Shown here one piece after another: positions 1 to 11,230 of a stretch of 64,000 nucleotides of DNA. The notes below the pieces were generated by a model. It was not told where the DNA came from. It made no database searches and saw nothing but the letters and a program-made list of their open reading frames with translations. Positions within the stretch are counted from its first letter, which is position 1. Every line of letters begins with the position of its first letter. The stretch is from NCBI GenBank assembly GCA_965368975.1, contig CBDUPA010000015.1, forward strand, positions 96,001-160,000, read 5' to 3'. The stretch is from an uncultured bacterium (GTDB lineage Bacteria > Acidobacteriota > Thermoanaerobaculia > Multivoradales > JAHZIX01). The position numbers and the translations under genes are program-made.

Positions 1-1
1 G

Positions 2-559
2 CTTGGCTTCGAGCAGCCGCACGTCTTGCTCCATCTTCTTGTCGTCGTACCACTCGTCCTGCGTACCGCGCCCGATGAGCGCCGACGGCACGTGCGACAG
101 GTCGACCTGCCCCAGTTCGGGCGGCACGTCGCCAGCCAGTTGCAGCACGCCCTGGCAGCGATGCCCGGCCAGCGCCGCGGCGCGCCAGGCCATGGCGACA
201 CCTTGCGAGAAGCCGGCGTAGACCAGGACGTCACTGACCGGCAGGTCGCGCCGTACTTCGGCGACCACGTCGGCGACATAGCGAATGTTGTCCTGGATCA
301 CCAACTCGCGATCCTGCCGCGTCATCCAGCTGGCCAAGATCTCCTGGCTGCGCGGATGGTAGAAGCGCGATGGTCCCTGCACGGCGCAGCGGACCCAGCC
401 GCCGGTGTTCGGAATCTCGGACAGCGCGTCGAGATGCTTCTCCGCGTTCTCGGCGTATCCGTGACAACCCACCAGCAGCGGGAAGGGACCTTCCCCCTCC
501 GGTACAGCCAGCAAGTAGCGGCCATGAGTCAGCGTCGCAATGGTCTTGACGAGTGGCAT
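2..559 (-). CDS. Phospholipase/carboxylesterase-family alpha/beta hydrolase (3' end outside window)
   Basis: Manual translation from the ATG at 559: MPLVKTIATLTHGRYLL...LVGCHGY...YAGFSQGVAMA, a GxSxG nucleophile elbow. Starts 1 nt after the trpA stop. Absent from the ORF track because it runs off the window edge. Confidence 0.8.
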   Translation of the reverse strand, partial: MPLVKTIATLTHGRYLLAVPEGEGPFPLLVGCHGYAENAEKHLDALSEIPNTGGWVRCAVQGPSRFYHPRSQEILASWMTRQDRELVIQDNIRYVADVVAEVRRDLPVSDVLVYAGFSQGVAMAWRAAALAGHRCQGVLQLAGDVPPELGQVDLSHVPSALIGRGTQDEWYDDKKMEQDVRLLEAK

Positions 560-560
560 C

Positions 561-1394
561 TTATCCCCACAATCTCCGCTTCTTGGCTTTGCCCGCGCGC
601 AGTGGGGCGGTCAGATCGGCGACGCGGGCTTGGAGCGCGGCGGGCAAGTCCGGGGAGCTACCTTTCTCTTCGATCAACTGCACCAGGGCGCTACCCACGA
701 CGACACCGTCCGCGATGGCGCCCACAGAGGCGACTTGTTCGGGGGTCGAGATACCGAAGCCGACGGCGACCGGTAGCTTGCCGGCAACGCGACGAACGCG
801 CTTGACTTCGGAAGCCAGCTCCTTGGGCAAGGCGTCGCGTTCACCGGTGACGCCGGTGCGCGAGACGTAGTAGACGAAACCGCTGCTGGCGTCGACAGCG
901 CGGCGCATGCGCTCCTTGGTGGAGGTCGGCGCGAGCAGGAAGATGGTGTCGACGCCGTATTCGTTGAACACCGGCACGAACTCGTGCGCGGCTTCTTCGG
1001 GTGGCAGGTCGAGGCACAGCACCCCGTCGACGCCGGAGGCCGCGGCTTGTTCGGCAAAGGCCGAGATGCCGCGGGCGTGGATCGGGTTGAAGTAGGTGAA
1101 GAGGACGATCGGTACGTCGATCTTGTCCCGGTAGCGGGCGATCGTCTCGAGAATGCCACCGACGCGCGTGCCCGCGGCCAGCGCGCGCATGGCGGCCCGC
1201 TCATTGGTGGGGCCGTCAGCGATCGGGTCGCTGAAGGGAATCCCGAGCTCGATCAGGTCGGCCCCGCCTGCCGCCAGGGCTTCGAGCAGCGGACCGGTGG
1301 TCTCCGGGTTGGGATCACCAGCAGTGATGTAGGCGATGAAGGCGGCGCGGTTCTGCTCGCGGCAGCGGTCGAAGACGCCTTGGATGGAGCTCAT
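561..1394 (-). CDS. trpA: Tryptophan synthase alpha subunit
   Basis: [48 protein letters not shown] motifs; ATG overlaps the trpB stop (ATGA). Confidence 0.97.
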   Translation of the reverse strand: MSSIQGVFDRCREQNRAAFIAYITAGDPNPETTGPLLEALAAGGADLIELGIPFSDPIADGPTNERAAMRALAAGTRVGGILETIARYRDKIDVPIVLFTYFNPIHARGISAFAEQAAASGVDGVLCLDLPPEEAAHEFVPVFNEYGVDTIFLLAPTSTKERMRRAVDASSGFVYYVSRTGVTGERDALPKELASEVKRVRRVAGKLPVAVGFGISTPEQVASVGAIADGVVVGSALVQLIEEKGSSPDLPAALQARVADLTAPLRAGKAKKRRLWG

Positions 1395-2665
1395 GTACGC
1401 TCTCCTTGGCCGTGGTAGGTGGGACGGGGAAAGTACTCGACGTTGTCCAAGGCTTGCTGCGAGGCATGACGCTCGTCGTAGTCGAGCACGCTCTCGACAT
1501 CTTTGTCGCCGCGCCCCGAGAGGTTCATCAGGATGACGTGATCGCGGCTCAGATGGGGCGCGCGGCGGGCGACCTCGGCAAGAGCGTGCGCGCTCTCGAG
1601 CGCCGGCAGGATACCCTCGGTTTCGCACAGCAAGTGGAAGGCGGCGATCGCCTCCCCATCGGCGGCGCTCGCGTATTCGATCCGGCCCCGCTCCTGGTAG
1701 TAAGCGTGTTCGGGACCAACGGCGGGATAGTCCAGGCCAGCAGATACGGAGTGGGTCGTCGACACCTGGCCGTCCGCGTCCTGCAGCACCAGGGTGCGCG
1801 TACCATGCAGCACGCCCAACTTGGCTCCGGCGAAGCGTGCAGCGTGCTCGCCCGGCGCCGAGCCGTAGCCTCCGGCCTCGACACCGATCAGGCGCACCTT
1901 CGGCTCCTGCAGAAAGGCTCCAAACAATCCCATGGCATTGCTCCCCCCGCCGACGCAGGCGATCGCCAGGTCCGGGGAGTTACGCCGGGCCTGCTTCTTG
2001 AGTTGCCTCTTGGCCTCTTCGCCGATCACCAGGTGGAAGTCGCGCACCATGCGTGGGTATGGGTCAGGGCCGAGTACCGAGCCGAGCACATAGTGGGTGT
2101 TGCGCACGTGGGTGACCCAGTCGCGCAGGGCTTCGTTGATCGCGTCCTTGAGCGTACGGCTGCCGGAATCGACCTGCGCCACCTCGGCCCCGAGCAGGCG
2201 CATGCGGTAGACGTTGAGGCGCTGGCGGCGCATGTCCTCGGCCCCCATGTAGACACGGCAGTCGAGTCCCAGCAGCGCCGCAGCGGTGGCGGTCGCAACC
2301 CCGTGCTGCCCGGCGCCGGTCTCGGCGATCACACGCTCCTTGCCCATCGCTTGCGCTAGCAGGCACTGGCCCAGAGCGTTGTTGATCTTGTGCGCCCCAG
2401 TGTGCGTCAGGTCTTCGCGCTTCAGATAGATGCGCGCGCCCCCTAGCTGCTCGGTGAGACGCTCGGCGAAGTAGAGCGGCGTTGGACGCCCGACGTAGTC
2501 AGCTTGCAGCTGGCTCAGTTTGCGCCGGAAGCCGCGCGTGCGGCGGATCTTGTCGTAGGCCTGGGCCAGCTCGGCCAGCGGCGCCATCAGGGTCTCTGGG
2601 ACGTAGCGGCCGCCGTACGAACCGAAGTAGCCGTCGCGGTCAGGAAGCGGCAGAGTCTTGGGCAT
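1391..2665 (-). CDS. trpB: Tryptophan synthase beta subunit
   Basis: [24 protein letters not shown] (PLP lysine), [26 protein letters not shown]. Confidence 0.98.
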   Translation of the reverse strand: MPKTLPLPDRDGYFGSYGGRYVPETLMAPLAELAQAYDKIRRTRGFRRKLSQLQADYVGRPTPLYFAERLTEQLGGARIYLKREDLTHTGAHKINNALGQCLLAQAMGKERVIAETGAGQHGVATATAAALLGLDCRVYMGAEDMRRQRLNVYRMRLLGAEVAQVDSGSRTLKDAINEALRDWVTHVRNTHYVLGSVLGPDPYPRMVRDFHLVIGEEAKRQLKKQARRNSPDLAIACVGGGSNAMGLFGAFLQEPKVRLIGVEAGGYGSAPGEHAARFAGAKLGVLHGTRTLVLQDADGQVSTTHSVSAGLDYPAVGPEHAYYQERGRIEYASAADGEAIAAFHLLCETEGILPALESAHALAEVARRAPHLSRDHVILMNLSGRGDKDVESVLDYDERHASQQALDNVEYFPRPTYHGQGERT

Positions 2666-3302
2666 GGGAGAGCTCCTCGAAAAGTCGTCGAAGTCGGACC
2701 GGATCCTTGATGCCGGGCTTGATCTCGACGCCGGAACAGACGTCGATGCCGTGGGCACCGCTGGCGGTCAGGGCAGACACCGCGTTGTCAGGCCCGATAC
2801 CGCCGGCCACCAGGTAAGGGCGGCCGAGACGGAGGGCGGCAAGGGAGCTGTAGTCCCACGAGACGCCGGTGCCGCCAAAGCCGCTGTCATGTCGTACGTC
2901 GAAAAGGTAACCGGAGATTCCCGCCAGCTTCGATGAAGAGGCACTCAGAGCCGCCAGCTCGGCAGCTTCCCCGGTGGTGCGCACCGCCTTGATGGCACGC
3001 GCGCCCCAGGCAGCTACCTCGTCGTCACTCTCATCGCCGTGAAATTGCAGCAGGTCGAGACCAAGAGCACCATCGATCGCCTTGACCAGCGTCGGTGTGG
3101 CGTTGACGAAGACCCCGACCAACGCCACACGACCGCGCACCCGGTCGACGATGCGCCGAGCCGCCGCTGGCTCCAGTGATCGCGGGCTCTTGGCGTAGAA
3201 ATTGAGACCGAGGTAGTTGGCCCCCAGGTCGACGGCCAGCTCGGCATCTTCCGGACGGGTAACCCCACAGATCTTGACCAGCGGCCGGCCCAACGGTTTC
3301 AT
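2640..3302 (-). CDS. trpF: Phosphoribosylanthranilate isomerase
   Basis: [32 protein letters not shown]. Confidence 0.96.
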   Translation of the reverse strand: MKPLGRPLVKICGVTRPEDAELAVDLGANYLGLNFYAKSPRSLEPAAARRIVDRVRGRVALVGVFVNATPTLVKAIDGALGLDLLQFHGDESDDEVAAWGARAIKAVRTTGEAAELAALSASSSKLAGISGYLFDVRHDSGFGGTGVSWDYSSLAALRLGRPYLVAGGIGPDNAVSALTASGAHGIDVCSGVEIKPGIKDPVRLRRLFEELSHAQDSAAS

Positions 3303-4172
3303 TCAGCCTACCAGTTCTCGCAGCTTGGCCGCGGGATCGTCGGCGAGCAGCAGGGCCTCACCAACCAGGAAAGCCTCGAAGCCGGCGCTCTGCAACTGCT
3401 CGACCTGCGGTCCGCCGCTGATACCACTCTCAGCAACCTTGAGCGCGCCGGCAGGCAGGGCCCGTGCCAGGTCCATCGAGTGCTCGAGGTCGACGTGGAA
3501 GGTGCGAAGGTCGCGGTTGTTGACACCGACCAGCTCCCAGGCATCGGCTCGCGCTCCGCCGGGAGCTTGGGTCCGTCCGCCATGGGTCAGTGCGCCAGCA
3601 GCGGCCAAGTGCTCGACGTCCTCCTCGCTGTGCGTCTCGATCAGCGGCACCAGCCCGAGACCGCGTGCCGTATCGGCCAGGCGCGCCAACTCGTCCGCCT
3701 CGTAGAGCGCCGCGATCAACAGTACCGCGTCGGCACCTGCCATGCGCGCCCAGTGCAGCTGCACGCTGTCGACTACAAAGTCCTTGGCGATCGCCGGCAA
3801 GCCACCCGCGGCCTCGCGACACTCGCCGATCAGGTCGTAGCTGCCGTGGAAGTAGTCGGGTTCGACCACCACCGACAGCGCGGCAGCACCGTTGTCCGCA
3901 TAGATCTTGGCCTGCTCGGCCGGGTCGATCAGATCGACCAGTGAACCGATACGCGGCGAGCCGAGCTTGATCTCGGCAATGATGGCGCGCCCGCGGTGGG
4001 CGTCGAGCGCATGCAGAAAGGCGTTGTTGACCGGCGTTCGCAAACCACCGTCGTCGTCCCCCATCGACGGTACCGCCAGCAGCGTTTCAGCAGACTCCAC
4101 CACGCGCCGACGCCGCGCCTCGACGATCTCCTGCAACACTCCGGCCAGCCGTGCTTCCCGCTCCCGACTCAT
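3303..4172 (-). CDS. trpC: Indole-3-glycerol phosphate synthase
   Basis: IIAEIK..SP, AALSVVVE, KDFVV, GVNNRDL, VAESGI, AFLVGE. Confidence 0.96.
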   Translation of the reverse strand: MSREREARLAGVLQEIVEARRRRVVESAETLLAVPSMGDDDGGLRTPVNNAFLHALDAHRGRAIIAEIKLGSPRIGSLVDLIDPAEQAKIYADNGAAALSVVVEPDYFHGSYDLIGECREAAGGLPAIAKDFVVDSVQLHWARMAGADAVLLIAALYEADELARLADTARGLGLVPLIETHSEEDVEHLAAAGALTHGGRTQAPGGARADAWELVGVNNRDLRTFHVDLEHSMDLARALPAGALKVAESGISGGPQVEQLQSAGFEAFLVGEALLLADDPAAKLRELVG

Positions 4173-5239
4173 CCTGCACCTCCACGCCCGGCGCTATTCC
4201 CGGCACTGCCGTCGTGCTTGTGCAGGCACAGGCGCGCCAGCACTCGTGCCGCCTCGCCGGACGCCAGTAGTTGCCGCGCCGCATCGACACCCGCGCGCAG
4301 GCTCCGCGCCTTGCCACCAACGTACAGTGCGGCGCCGGCGTTGACTGCGGTGATCGTCGTCAAAGGTCCGCTTTCCTCGCCACTTGCTTCTTCGCCGCTC
4401 AGCACGCGCCGCATCAGCTCCGCATTGTGCTCTGGATCGCCTCCAGCCAGGTCGGACAAGGTAGCCTGTTCAACGCCGAGGTCTTCCGGTGCGACCTCGT
4501 AGACTCTGACATCCCCATCCGACACTTCCGCCACCGACGTCGGACCGGTGATGGTGATCTCGTCGAGGCCGTCGCTACCGTGCACCACCAGCGCATGCTC
4601 GGCACCCAACTCGGCCAGCACGTGCGCAATCCGCTCCACCAGGTCGGCAGCGTAGACACCCACCACCTGACGGCGAGCGGCCGCCGGATTGGTCAGCGGG
4701 CCCAGTACGTTGAACACGGTCCGCATGCCCAGCTCGCGGCGTACCGGCATCACTTCGCGCATCGCCGGATGCAGCTTGGGGGCGAAGAGGAAGGCGATGC
4801 CGACCTCGGCCAGGGCGCGGCCAGCCTCAGCTGGCGTCAATTCGATGTCGACACCGAGCGCGGCCAGCACGTCGGCACTGCCGCTGCGGCTCGATACGGC
4901 CCGGTTGCCGTGCTTGGCCACCGGCACACCGCCCGCGGCGGCAACGAAAGCCGCGGCGGTCGAGATGTTGAAGGTACCCAGCCCGTCACCCCCCGTACCG
5001 CAGGTGTCGACCACGGCGTCGAGCTGGTGCGGGATCGGCACGACCCGTCGACGCATGGCCGCGGCAGCGCCAGCGATCTCCGACGGCTGCTCGCCCTTCA
5101 TGCGCAGCGCCACTAGCAAGGCCGACTTGAGCACATCGCTCAGCTCACCGTCCATCAGCGAGCCGAAGAGAGCTTCGGTCTCGCGCCGGCTCAAGTGCTC
5201 GCCGGCGGTCAGTCGGTGCAGTGCGTCCTTGGCATCCAT
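4169..5239 (-). CDS. trpD: Anthranilate phosphoribosyltransferase
   Basis: DTCGTGGDG, FNIST, KHGNRAVSSRSGSAD, RTVFNVLGPLTNP, GLDEI; start could alternatively be 5272. Confidence 0.97.
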   Translation of the reverse strand: MDAKDALHRLTAGEHLSRRETEALFGSLMDGELSDVLKSALLVALRMKGEQPSEIAGAAAAMRRRVVPIPHQLDAVVDTCGTGGDGLGTFNISTAAAFVAAAGGVPVAKHGNRAVSSRSGSADVLAALGVDIELTPAEAGRALAEVGIAFLFAPKLHPAMREVMPVRRELGMRTVFNVLGPLTNPAAARRQVVGVYAADLVERIAHVLAELGAEHALVVHGSDGLDEITITGPTSVAEVSDGDVRVYEVAPEDLGVEQATLSDLAGGDPEHNAELMRRVLSGEEASGEESGPLTTITAVNAGAALYVGGKARSLRAGVDAARQLLASGEAARVLARLCLHKHDGSAGNSAGRGGAG

Positions 5240-5332
5240 GTCGTCGCTATCCTTGAAGCCGAACCTTATCACTCGGTCCGATCCGCCACTCCAATCCGTC
5301 CGTCGGCCCGATCAGCCCGTACCACCACTCGA

Positions 5333-5926
5333 TCAGCTCACACCACCACAGAGGCCGAGAAAGCGCTCGATCAGCGGAATGCCGACCCGCGTCAGGATCG
5401 ACTCCGGATGGAACTGCACGCCCCAATACGGCAACTCGCGGTGACGCATGGCCATCAGCACGCCATCGTCCTCACTCCAGGCGATCGCCTCCAGCTCGTC
5501 CGGAAGCGACGCCTCGTCGACCGTCAGGCTGTGGTAGCGCGTCGCCTCGAAGGGATTGGGCAGCTCACGGAGCAGTGCCGCATCCGTGTGCTTCACCGGC
5601 GACGTCTTGCCATGCATCAGGCGCGGTGCGGCGACCACGTCGGCACCGAAGGCATACCCCAGCGCCTGATGCCCCAGGCACACCCCGAGCAAGGTCACCG
5701 GGGCTCGCCGCCGCAACAACTCGACGCACACGCCGGCGTTCTCCGGCCGTCCCGGTCCCGGCGAGATGACAATCCCGTCCGGCTTGCGCGCCAACAGCTG
5801 GTCGACCGTCGCGGCATCGTTGCGCACCACGTCGACGTCGGCACCGGCGCCCTCCAGGTACTGCACCAGGTTGAAGGTGAAGGAATCGTAGTTGTCGAGC
5901 ATCAGAATGCTGGCTGCGCGGCTCAC
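5333..5926 (-). CDS. trpG: Anthranilate synthase component II (glutamine amidotransferase)
   Basis: DNYDSFTFNL, SPGPG, GVCLGHQ, TRYHSL, QFHPES. Confidence 0.96.
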   Translation of the reverse strand: MSRAASILMLDNYDSFTFNLVQYLEGAGADVDVVRNDAATVDQLLARKPDGIVISPGPGRPENAGVCVELLRRRAPVTLLGVCLGHQALGYAFGADVVAAPRLMHGKTSPVKHTDAALLRELPNPFEATRYHSLTVDEASLPDELEAIAWSEDDGVLMAMRHRELPYWGVQFHPESILTRVGIPLIERFLGLCGGVS

Positions 5927-7440
5927 GGTGCCTCCTCCGCGTGCTCGCGCTGCAGACGGGCCGCCAGCTGCTCCGCCAGCGCCACCGCCGCCATCATGCC
6001 CGCCGCTTTGTTCTCCGTCTCCTCCGCTTCCTTGAGCGGATCCGAGTCGGCGACGATGCCGGCACCGGCGGTCACCGAGGTCTCGTCGCCCCGCACCACC
6101 AGCGTGCGGATGGTGATGCAGGTGTCGACGTCACCAGCGTAGGAGAAGTATCCAATGGCGCCGCCATACGGACCCCGCGCCTCCGGCTCCAGCTCGTCGA
6201 TGATCTCCATCGCCCGAATCTTGGGCGCACCCGACAGCGTGCCAGCCGGGAAGCACGAAAGCATCGCGTCCAGTCCGTCCTTGCCCGCCGCCAGCTCCGC
6301 CTCGACGCTGGAGACAATGTGCATGACGTGGCTGTAGCGTTCGATCTCCATGAACGTCGGCACGCGCACCGACCTCGGCTGCGCCACGCGTCCCAGGTCA
6401 TTGCGTCCCAGGTCGACCAGCATCACGTGCTCAGCGCGCTCCTTGGGATCGGCGAGCAGGTCTTCGGCCAGCCGGCGGTCGCCATCGGCATCCGCACCCC
6501 GCGGCCGCGTGCCGGCGATCGGTCGCGTTTCCAGCACGTGCCCGTGCTTGCGCACCAGCATCTCCGGTGAAGCCCCCGCCAGCGACACATCCGGCGTCTC
6601 GAGCAGCACCATGTACGGGCTCGGATTGACGATGCGCAACGCCCGGTACAGCGCCACCGGATCGAGCCGCCGCGGCAGCCGCCAGCGACGCGCCAGCACC
6701 ACCTGGAAGATGTCGCCGTCCGTGATGTAGCGCTTGGCGCGACGTACGTTCTGCTGGAAGGTCTCGGAATCCAGCGTCGGCTCGAAGTCCACCGGCCGCG
6801 ACGGCCGCTCGGCCGGCATCACCACCGAGCCCGCCCCTCCGGAACGGGTCAGCACGTCCGTCAACTCCGCCAGCCGCCGTTCGGCCTCGTCCACCGTCAC
6901 CTCACCCTCGATCTCGTTCGAGATCGCCAGCACACGCTGATACGCGTGGTCGAAGACAACGACGGTATCGATGCGCGCCAGCAGTGCGATCGGCAGCTCG
7001 AACGCGTCCGGTGGCCGGTTGGGCAGCCGCTCGACCATGCGGATCAGGTCGAAGCCGAAGTAACCGACAAAGCCGCCAGTGAAGGGCACCAGCGAGCGCT
7101 CCGACTTCACTGACGCCAGCACTTCGTGCAGTGCCTGCAGCGGCTCCCCCGGCAGCACACGTCTTTCGCCACTGCCACTCCTGCCTGGGCTGCAAATCTC
7201 GACCTCGAGCCGGTCGGCATACAGCCGGTAGATCTCGCGCGGCGCTGCACCCAAGAAGCTGTAGCGCGACACCTGTTCGCCGCCGCTGATGCTCTCAAAC
7301 AAGAAACGCGTCGGTGACGTCTTCGCCAGCCGTCGATACACCCCGAGCGGTGTCTGCGTATCCGCCAGGAATTCGCGCGTGTGCGGAACAGCGCGGCGCG
7401 CTCTTGAAGAGTCAGGCGAAGAGTGGGGCGTGGTCGTCAT
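5923..7440 (-). CDS. trpE: Anthranilate synthase component I
   Basis: FLFES, GDIFQVVL, NPSPYM, TRPIAGT, KERAEHVMLVDLGRNDL, PAGTLSGAPK, AGAGIVADS. Confidence 0.96.
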   Translation of the reverse strand: MTTTPHSSPDSSRARRAVPHTREFLADTQTPLGVYRRLAKTSPTRFLFESISGGEQVSRYSFLGAAPREIYRLYADRLEVEICSPGRSGSGERRVLPGEPLQALHEVLASVKSERSLVPFTGGFVGYFGFDLIRMVERLPNRPPDAFELPIALLARIDTVVVFDHAYQRVLAISNEIEGEVTVDEAERRLAELTDVLTRSGGAGSVVMPAERPSRPVDFEPTLDSETFQQNVRRAKRYITDGDIFQVVLARRWRLPRRLDPVALYRALRIVNPSPYMVLLETPDVSLAGASPEMLVRKHGHVLETRPIAGTRPRGADADGDRRLAEDLLADPKERAEHVMLVDLGRNDLGRVAQPRSVRVPTFMEIERYSHVMHIVSSVEAELAAGKDGLDAMLSCFPAGTLSGAPKIRAMEIIDELEPEARGPYGGAIGYFSYAGDVDTCITIRTLVVRGDETSVTAGAGIVADSDPLKEAEETENKAAGMMAAVALAEQLAARLQREHAEEAP

Positions 7441-7567
7441 GATCAGCATCGAGCGTCAAGTCCGGCACCCGGAGGTCGAGCGCAGAGTCTACACGAGCCG
7501 CCTCCCCCCGTCGTGGACCGTTCTGTCAGCCCTGCGTCAGCCCTGCGGGTCTCCTGCAGTTCCGGCC

Positions 7568-7993
7568 TCAATCCTCCCAGCGTCGCACCCCACGTCGCAG
7601 CTTCTTCACCTGCCCCCGCTGCTTCTTGCCCTCCAAGCGGCGCCGCCGAGCTGCGGCCGACACCTTCCGCTGCTTGCGCTTCTTGGGCACGTGCAGCGCA
7701 CCGCGCAAGAGGTCCGCGAACCGCTCCACCGCGTCCTCCCGATTGGCCGCCTGCGTCCGGTGACGCTGACTGACCACTTGCAACACACCCTCGCGGTTGA
7801 TGCGGTTGCGCAGCCGGGTGTGGACGCGGCGCTTCTGGTCTTCGCTGAGGCTGGCGGAGGCGTCGAGGTCGAACTCCAGCGTCACCTTCGTCTCCACCTT
7901 GTTCACATTCTGGCCGCCAGGGCCGGAACTGCGCGAGGTGGCGAAGCTGAACTCGTGCTCGGGAATCTCGAGGTCGGGACGAACTTGAACCAT
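7568..7993 (-). CDS. arfB: Alternative ribosome-rescue peptidyl-tRNA hydrolase ArfB
   Basis: SRSSGPGGQNVNKV (GGQ motif), RTQAANR, basic C-terminal tail. Confidence 0.93.
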   Translation of the reverse strand: MVQVRPDLEIPEHEFSFATSRSSGPGGQNVNKVETKVTLEFDLDASASLSEDQKRRVHTRLRNRINREGVLQVVSQRHRTQAANREDAVERFADLLRGALHVPKKRKQRKVSAAARRRRLEGKKQRGQVKKLRRGVRRWED

Positions 7994-8090
7994 GAGTCCA
8001 TGGTAGCGCTTTCTTTGGATAGAGTCTCTGGACAGAGAACGCACACCCGCCCTCCGAAGGAGTTGCGCGTATCCAGACCCGATGGGCCAA

Positions 8091-10385
8091 CTACTGCGTC
8101 CAGCGCAGCCGCAGGGCGTTGCCGATCACCGACACCGAACTCAGACTCATCGCCGCCGCTGCCAGCATCGGGCTGAGCAGCAGGCCGAAGAAGGGGTAGA
8201 GGACCCCCGCGGCAAGCGGCACGCCGAGGCTGTTGTAGCCGAAGGCGAAGACCAGGTTCTGGCGGATGTTGGTCATCGTCGCTCGGCTCAGTCGGCGTGC
8301 CCGTACGATGCCGCGCAAGTCGCCTTGCACAAGCGTGACCGCGGCGCTTTCCATCGCCACGTCGGTGCCGGTGCCCATCGCAATACCGACGTCCGCGCGC
8401 GCCAACCCCGGCGCGTCGTTGATGCCGTCGCCCGCCATCGCCACCGTACGTCCTTCGCCCTGCAGTCGCTCGACCTCCGCCGCCTTCTCTTCCGGCAACA
8501 CCCCAGCCAGGACCTCGTCCAGCCCCAGTTGCTCGGCCACCGCGCGCGCTGTCGTTTCGCTGTCGCCGGTCAGCATTACCAGGCGCAGCCCTTCTTGCCG
8601 CAGCTGCTGAACGGCCTCGGCGGTCGTCTCCTTGATCGGATCGGCAACACCCAACAAGCCCGCGACACGCCCAGCACCCGAGACGCCATCTCCAGAGCCG
8701 CCAAGTACAACGAACATCACCGTCTGCGCCTCGCCGCGCAGTTCCTCGGCCCGCTCCAGCACGGCTGCGTCGGCCTCGACCTGCAACTCGTCGAGCAAGG
8801 CGCGGTTGCCCAGGGCTACATCTGAGCCCTCTATCCGGCCGCGCACACCCTTGCCGGTCAGCGACTCGAAGCCCGACGCTGACGCCAGCTGCACGTCACG
8901 TTCCTTGGCACCGAGCACGATCGCCTCGGCCAGCGGGTGCTCACTGCTCGTCTCCAGCGACGCCGCCAGGCGCAGGAGCTCGTTCTCGTCCACTCCGTCC
9001 GCTCCGTCGCCACTTTCCAAGACCTCCACCGTCACTAGCGTCGGCTTGCCCTCGGTCAGGGTCCCGGTCTTGTCGACCACCAGCGTGTCCACCTGCCCCA
9101 GCCGTTCGATCGCCTCGGCGTCGCGGAACAGCACCCCCTGCGTCGCCGCCTTGCCGGTCGCCACCATGATCGACATCGGCGTCGCCAGCCCGAGCGCGCA
9201 CGGACAGGCGATGATCAGCACCGCGATGGCATTGACCAGCGCGTGCGTCATGCGTGGGTCCGGCCCGAAAAAGGCCCACAGGAGGAAGGTCAGTGCGGCG
9301 ACGCCGACCACCGCCGGCACGAAGTACCCGGCAACCTTGTCTGCCACCTTCTGGATCGGTGCCCGGCTGCGCTGCGCCTGCGCCACCAGCGTCACGATGC
9401 GCGACAGGAGTGTCTCCGAGCCGACGCGTTCGGCGCGCATCACCAGGGAGCCATTGCCATTCACCGTCGCGCCGATCAGCTCATCGCCCTCTCCCTTGGC
9501 CACCGGCATCGGCTCGCCGGTCACCATCGACTCGTCGACCCGGCTTTCCCCCTCCAGCACCACCCCGTCCACCGGCACCTTCTCGCCCGGTCGCACGCGC
9601 AGCCGGTCACCGGCCTCGATCGCGTCCAGCGCGACGTCCTCTTCCTCGCCAGCGTCCGTGAGCCGCCGCGCCGTATCTGGCGCCAGGCTGAGCAACGATC
9701 GGATCGCCGCACCCGTCTGCCGCCGCGCGCGCAATTCGAGAACCTGGCCGAGTAGGATCAGCGTCACGATCACCGCCGCCGACTCGAAGTACACCGCCAC
9801 GGTGCCGTCACCGTGCTCGCCCTGCAGGTGGAACGACGCAGGGAAGATCCCCGGCACCAGCGCCGCCACGACGCTGTAGCCGTACGCGACGCTCACCCCC
9901 AGCCCGATCAGCGTGAACATATTCAAGTTCCAGCCACGGATCGACTCTACGGCGCGCACGTAGAAGGGCCATGCCGACCACAAGCACACCGGAGTCGAGA
10001 AGGCGAGTTCGAGCCAGATACGGACCCGCGGTGAAAACCAACCTTCGATCGGATTGCCGGGGATCATGCTCCCCATCGCCAGCACGAAGACCGGAAGCGT
10101 CAACGCCGCCGCCGTCCAGAAGCGCCGCGTCATGTCGCGCAGTTCGGAGTCGTCCTCCGCCAACGTCGGCGCCACCGGCTCCAGCGCCATGCCGCACTTG
10201 GGGCACGAGCCGGGGCCCTGCTGCACCACTTCCGGGTGCATCGGGCAGGTGTAGGTAGCGTTGGGGTCGGCCTTGGCTGGCTTCTTGTCAGAAGCCGGAC
10301 CGTCGTGGTCGTGGTGACAGCAGGAGTGAGACTCTTCGGGTGGGCCGTGCTCTTCGGAGGAAGCGTGAGGGTCGTGGCTAGGCAT
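8091..10385 (-). CDS. copA: Copper-translocating P1B-type ATPase
   Basis: His-rich N-terminus, [18 protein letters not shown] metal-binding domain, [33 protein letters not shown] and MSLSS Cu(I) signatures. Confidence 0.95.
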   Translation of the reverse strand: MPSHDPHASSEEHGPPEESHSCCHHDHDGPASDKKPAKADPNATYTCPMHPEVVQQGPGSCPKCGMALEPVAPTLAEDDSELRDMTRRFWTAAALTLPVFVLAMGSMIPGNPIEGWFSPRVRIWLELAFSTPVCLWSAWPFYVRAVESIRGWNLNMFTLIGLGVSVAYGYSVVAALVPGIFPASFHLQGEHGDGTVAVYFESAAVIVTLILLGQVLELRARRQTGAAIRSLLSLAPDTARRLTDAGEEEDVALDAIEAGDRLRVRPGEKVPVDGVVLEGESRVDESMVTGEPMPVAKGEGDELIGATVNGNGSLVMRAERVGSETLLSRIVTLVAQAQRSRAPIQKVADKVAGYFVPAVVGVAALTFLLWAFFGPDPRMTHALVNAIAVLIIACPCALGLATPMSIMVATGKAATQGVLFRDAEAIERLGQVDTLVVDKTGTLTEGKPTLVTVEVLESGDGADGVDENELLRLAASLETSSEHPLAEAIVLGAKERDVQLASASGFESLTGKGVRGRIEGSDVALGNRALLDELQVEADAAVLERAEELRGEAQTVMFVVLGGSGDGVSGAGRVAGLLGVADPIKETTAEAVQQLRQEGLRLVMLTGDSETTARAVAEQLGLDEVLAGVLPEEKAAEVERLQGEGRTVAMAGDGINDAPGLARADVGIAMGTGTDVAMESAAVTLVQGDLRGIVRARRLSRATMTNIRQNLVFAFGYNSLGVPLAAGVLYPFFGLLLSPMLAAAAMSLSSVSVIGNALRLRWTQ

Positions 10386-10441
10386 CGGTCTCTCCTTCGC
10401 ATCTCACACTAGCACCAATACCGGGACTGCTTGAGCCTCCT

Positions 10442-10822
10442 TCACCGCTCGTACGGCCGCTGCAGATCCAACTCTCCGATCTGGTTGTAATGCTTGGCGT
10501 TGAAGGTGAACAGCGTCGCTCGTTGTCCCACAGCTGTAGCGGCGATCAGAGCGTCCAGCAAACCAACCCCATGCGACAGGTGCAGTGCCGCGAAGTCCTC
10601 AAGGGCACGACGACAATCCTCATCGGTCGGCCATATAACTTCGAAGGGTGCCACCAGTTTCCGCGCCCGAGCCATCCGTATCTTGTTGTCTGCGGCCTGG
10701 ATCAACTCCATGACGACCAAGCCAGGGACCGCTGGCACGAAGGGCAGCTCGGAGAACCAGGTCAAAGCCGGCGGATGACCTCGAAGAACATCGATCAGGA
10801 CATCGGAGTCCAGAAGTACCAT
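10442..10822 (-). CDS. vapC: PIN-domain toxin (VapC family)
   Basis: LLDSDVLID, E, LDALIAATA, TFNAKHY acidic PIN motifs. Confidence 0.88.
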   Translation of the reverse strand: MVLLDSDVLIDVLRGHPPALTWFSELPFVPAVPGLVVMELIQAADNKIRMARARKLVAPFEVIWPTDEDCRRALEDFAALHLSHGVGLLDALIAATAVGQRATLFTFNAKHYNQIGELDLQRPYER

Positions 10823-10837
10823 TCCTACAGTCGACTC

Positions 10838-11101
10838 CTATAGTTGACGCCGCGAGGCCTGCCGGCGGATCTGGCGAGCGTAGGTCGGCCCATCTTCGAT
10901 ATCCGGCCGCGAGCCGATGACACCCTCACGTTCCCAGTAGCGCACCAGTTCAGCTCCAGTCTTGGGCACCTTGCCGGGCGCCTCTGCCCGCAATGCACTC
11001 AACCGCCGGAGTACATATTGCTCGATCGATTCACCCCATCTGGCAGCTTCGCGAGCGAGCTTGGCTTCGAGATCTTGTGGCACTTCCAACGTCAGAGTCA
11101 T
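10838..11101 (-). CDS. Putative antitoxin partner of the PIN toxin
   Basis: 87 aa with a ribbon-helix-helix-like N-terminus (MTLTLEVPQDLEAKLAREA); ends 15 nt upstream of vapC. Confidence 0.7.
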   Translation of the reverse strand: MTLTLEVPQDLEAKLAREAARWGESIEQYVLRRLSALRAEAPGKVPKTGAELVRYWEREGVIGSRPDIEDGPTYARQIRRQASRRQL

Positions 11102-11230
11102 GGTGTGGCTCCCTTCAAGCCATCATTGTACCTCGGCTCTTCAGGCTCTTCAGCTCTCAGCCGAGAGCTTCCACCCCCCGACGGAAGGGGACGATCGAAT
11201 CCGGCGGCCCGTGAGAGCCGGTCTGCCCGC

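Noticed and set aside
7441-7600. Possible trp attenuator leader, including the Trp codon near the end of arfB (RRWED)
   Set aside because: Only one Trp codon, no short leader ORF and no terminator/antiterminator pair visible.
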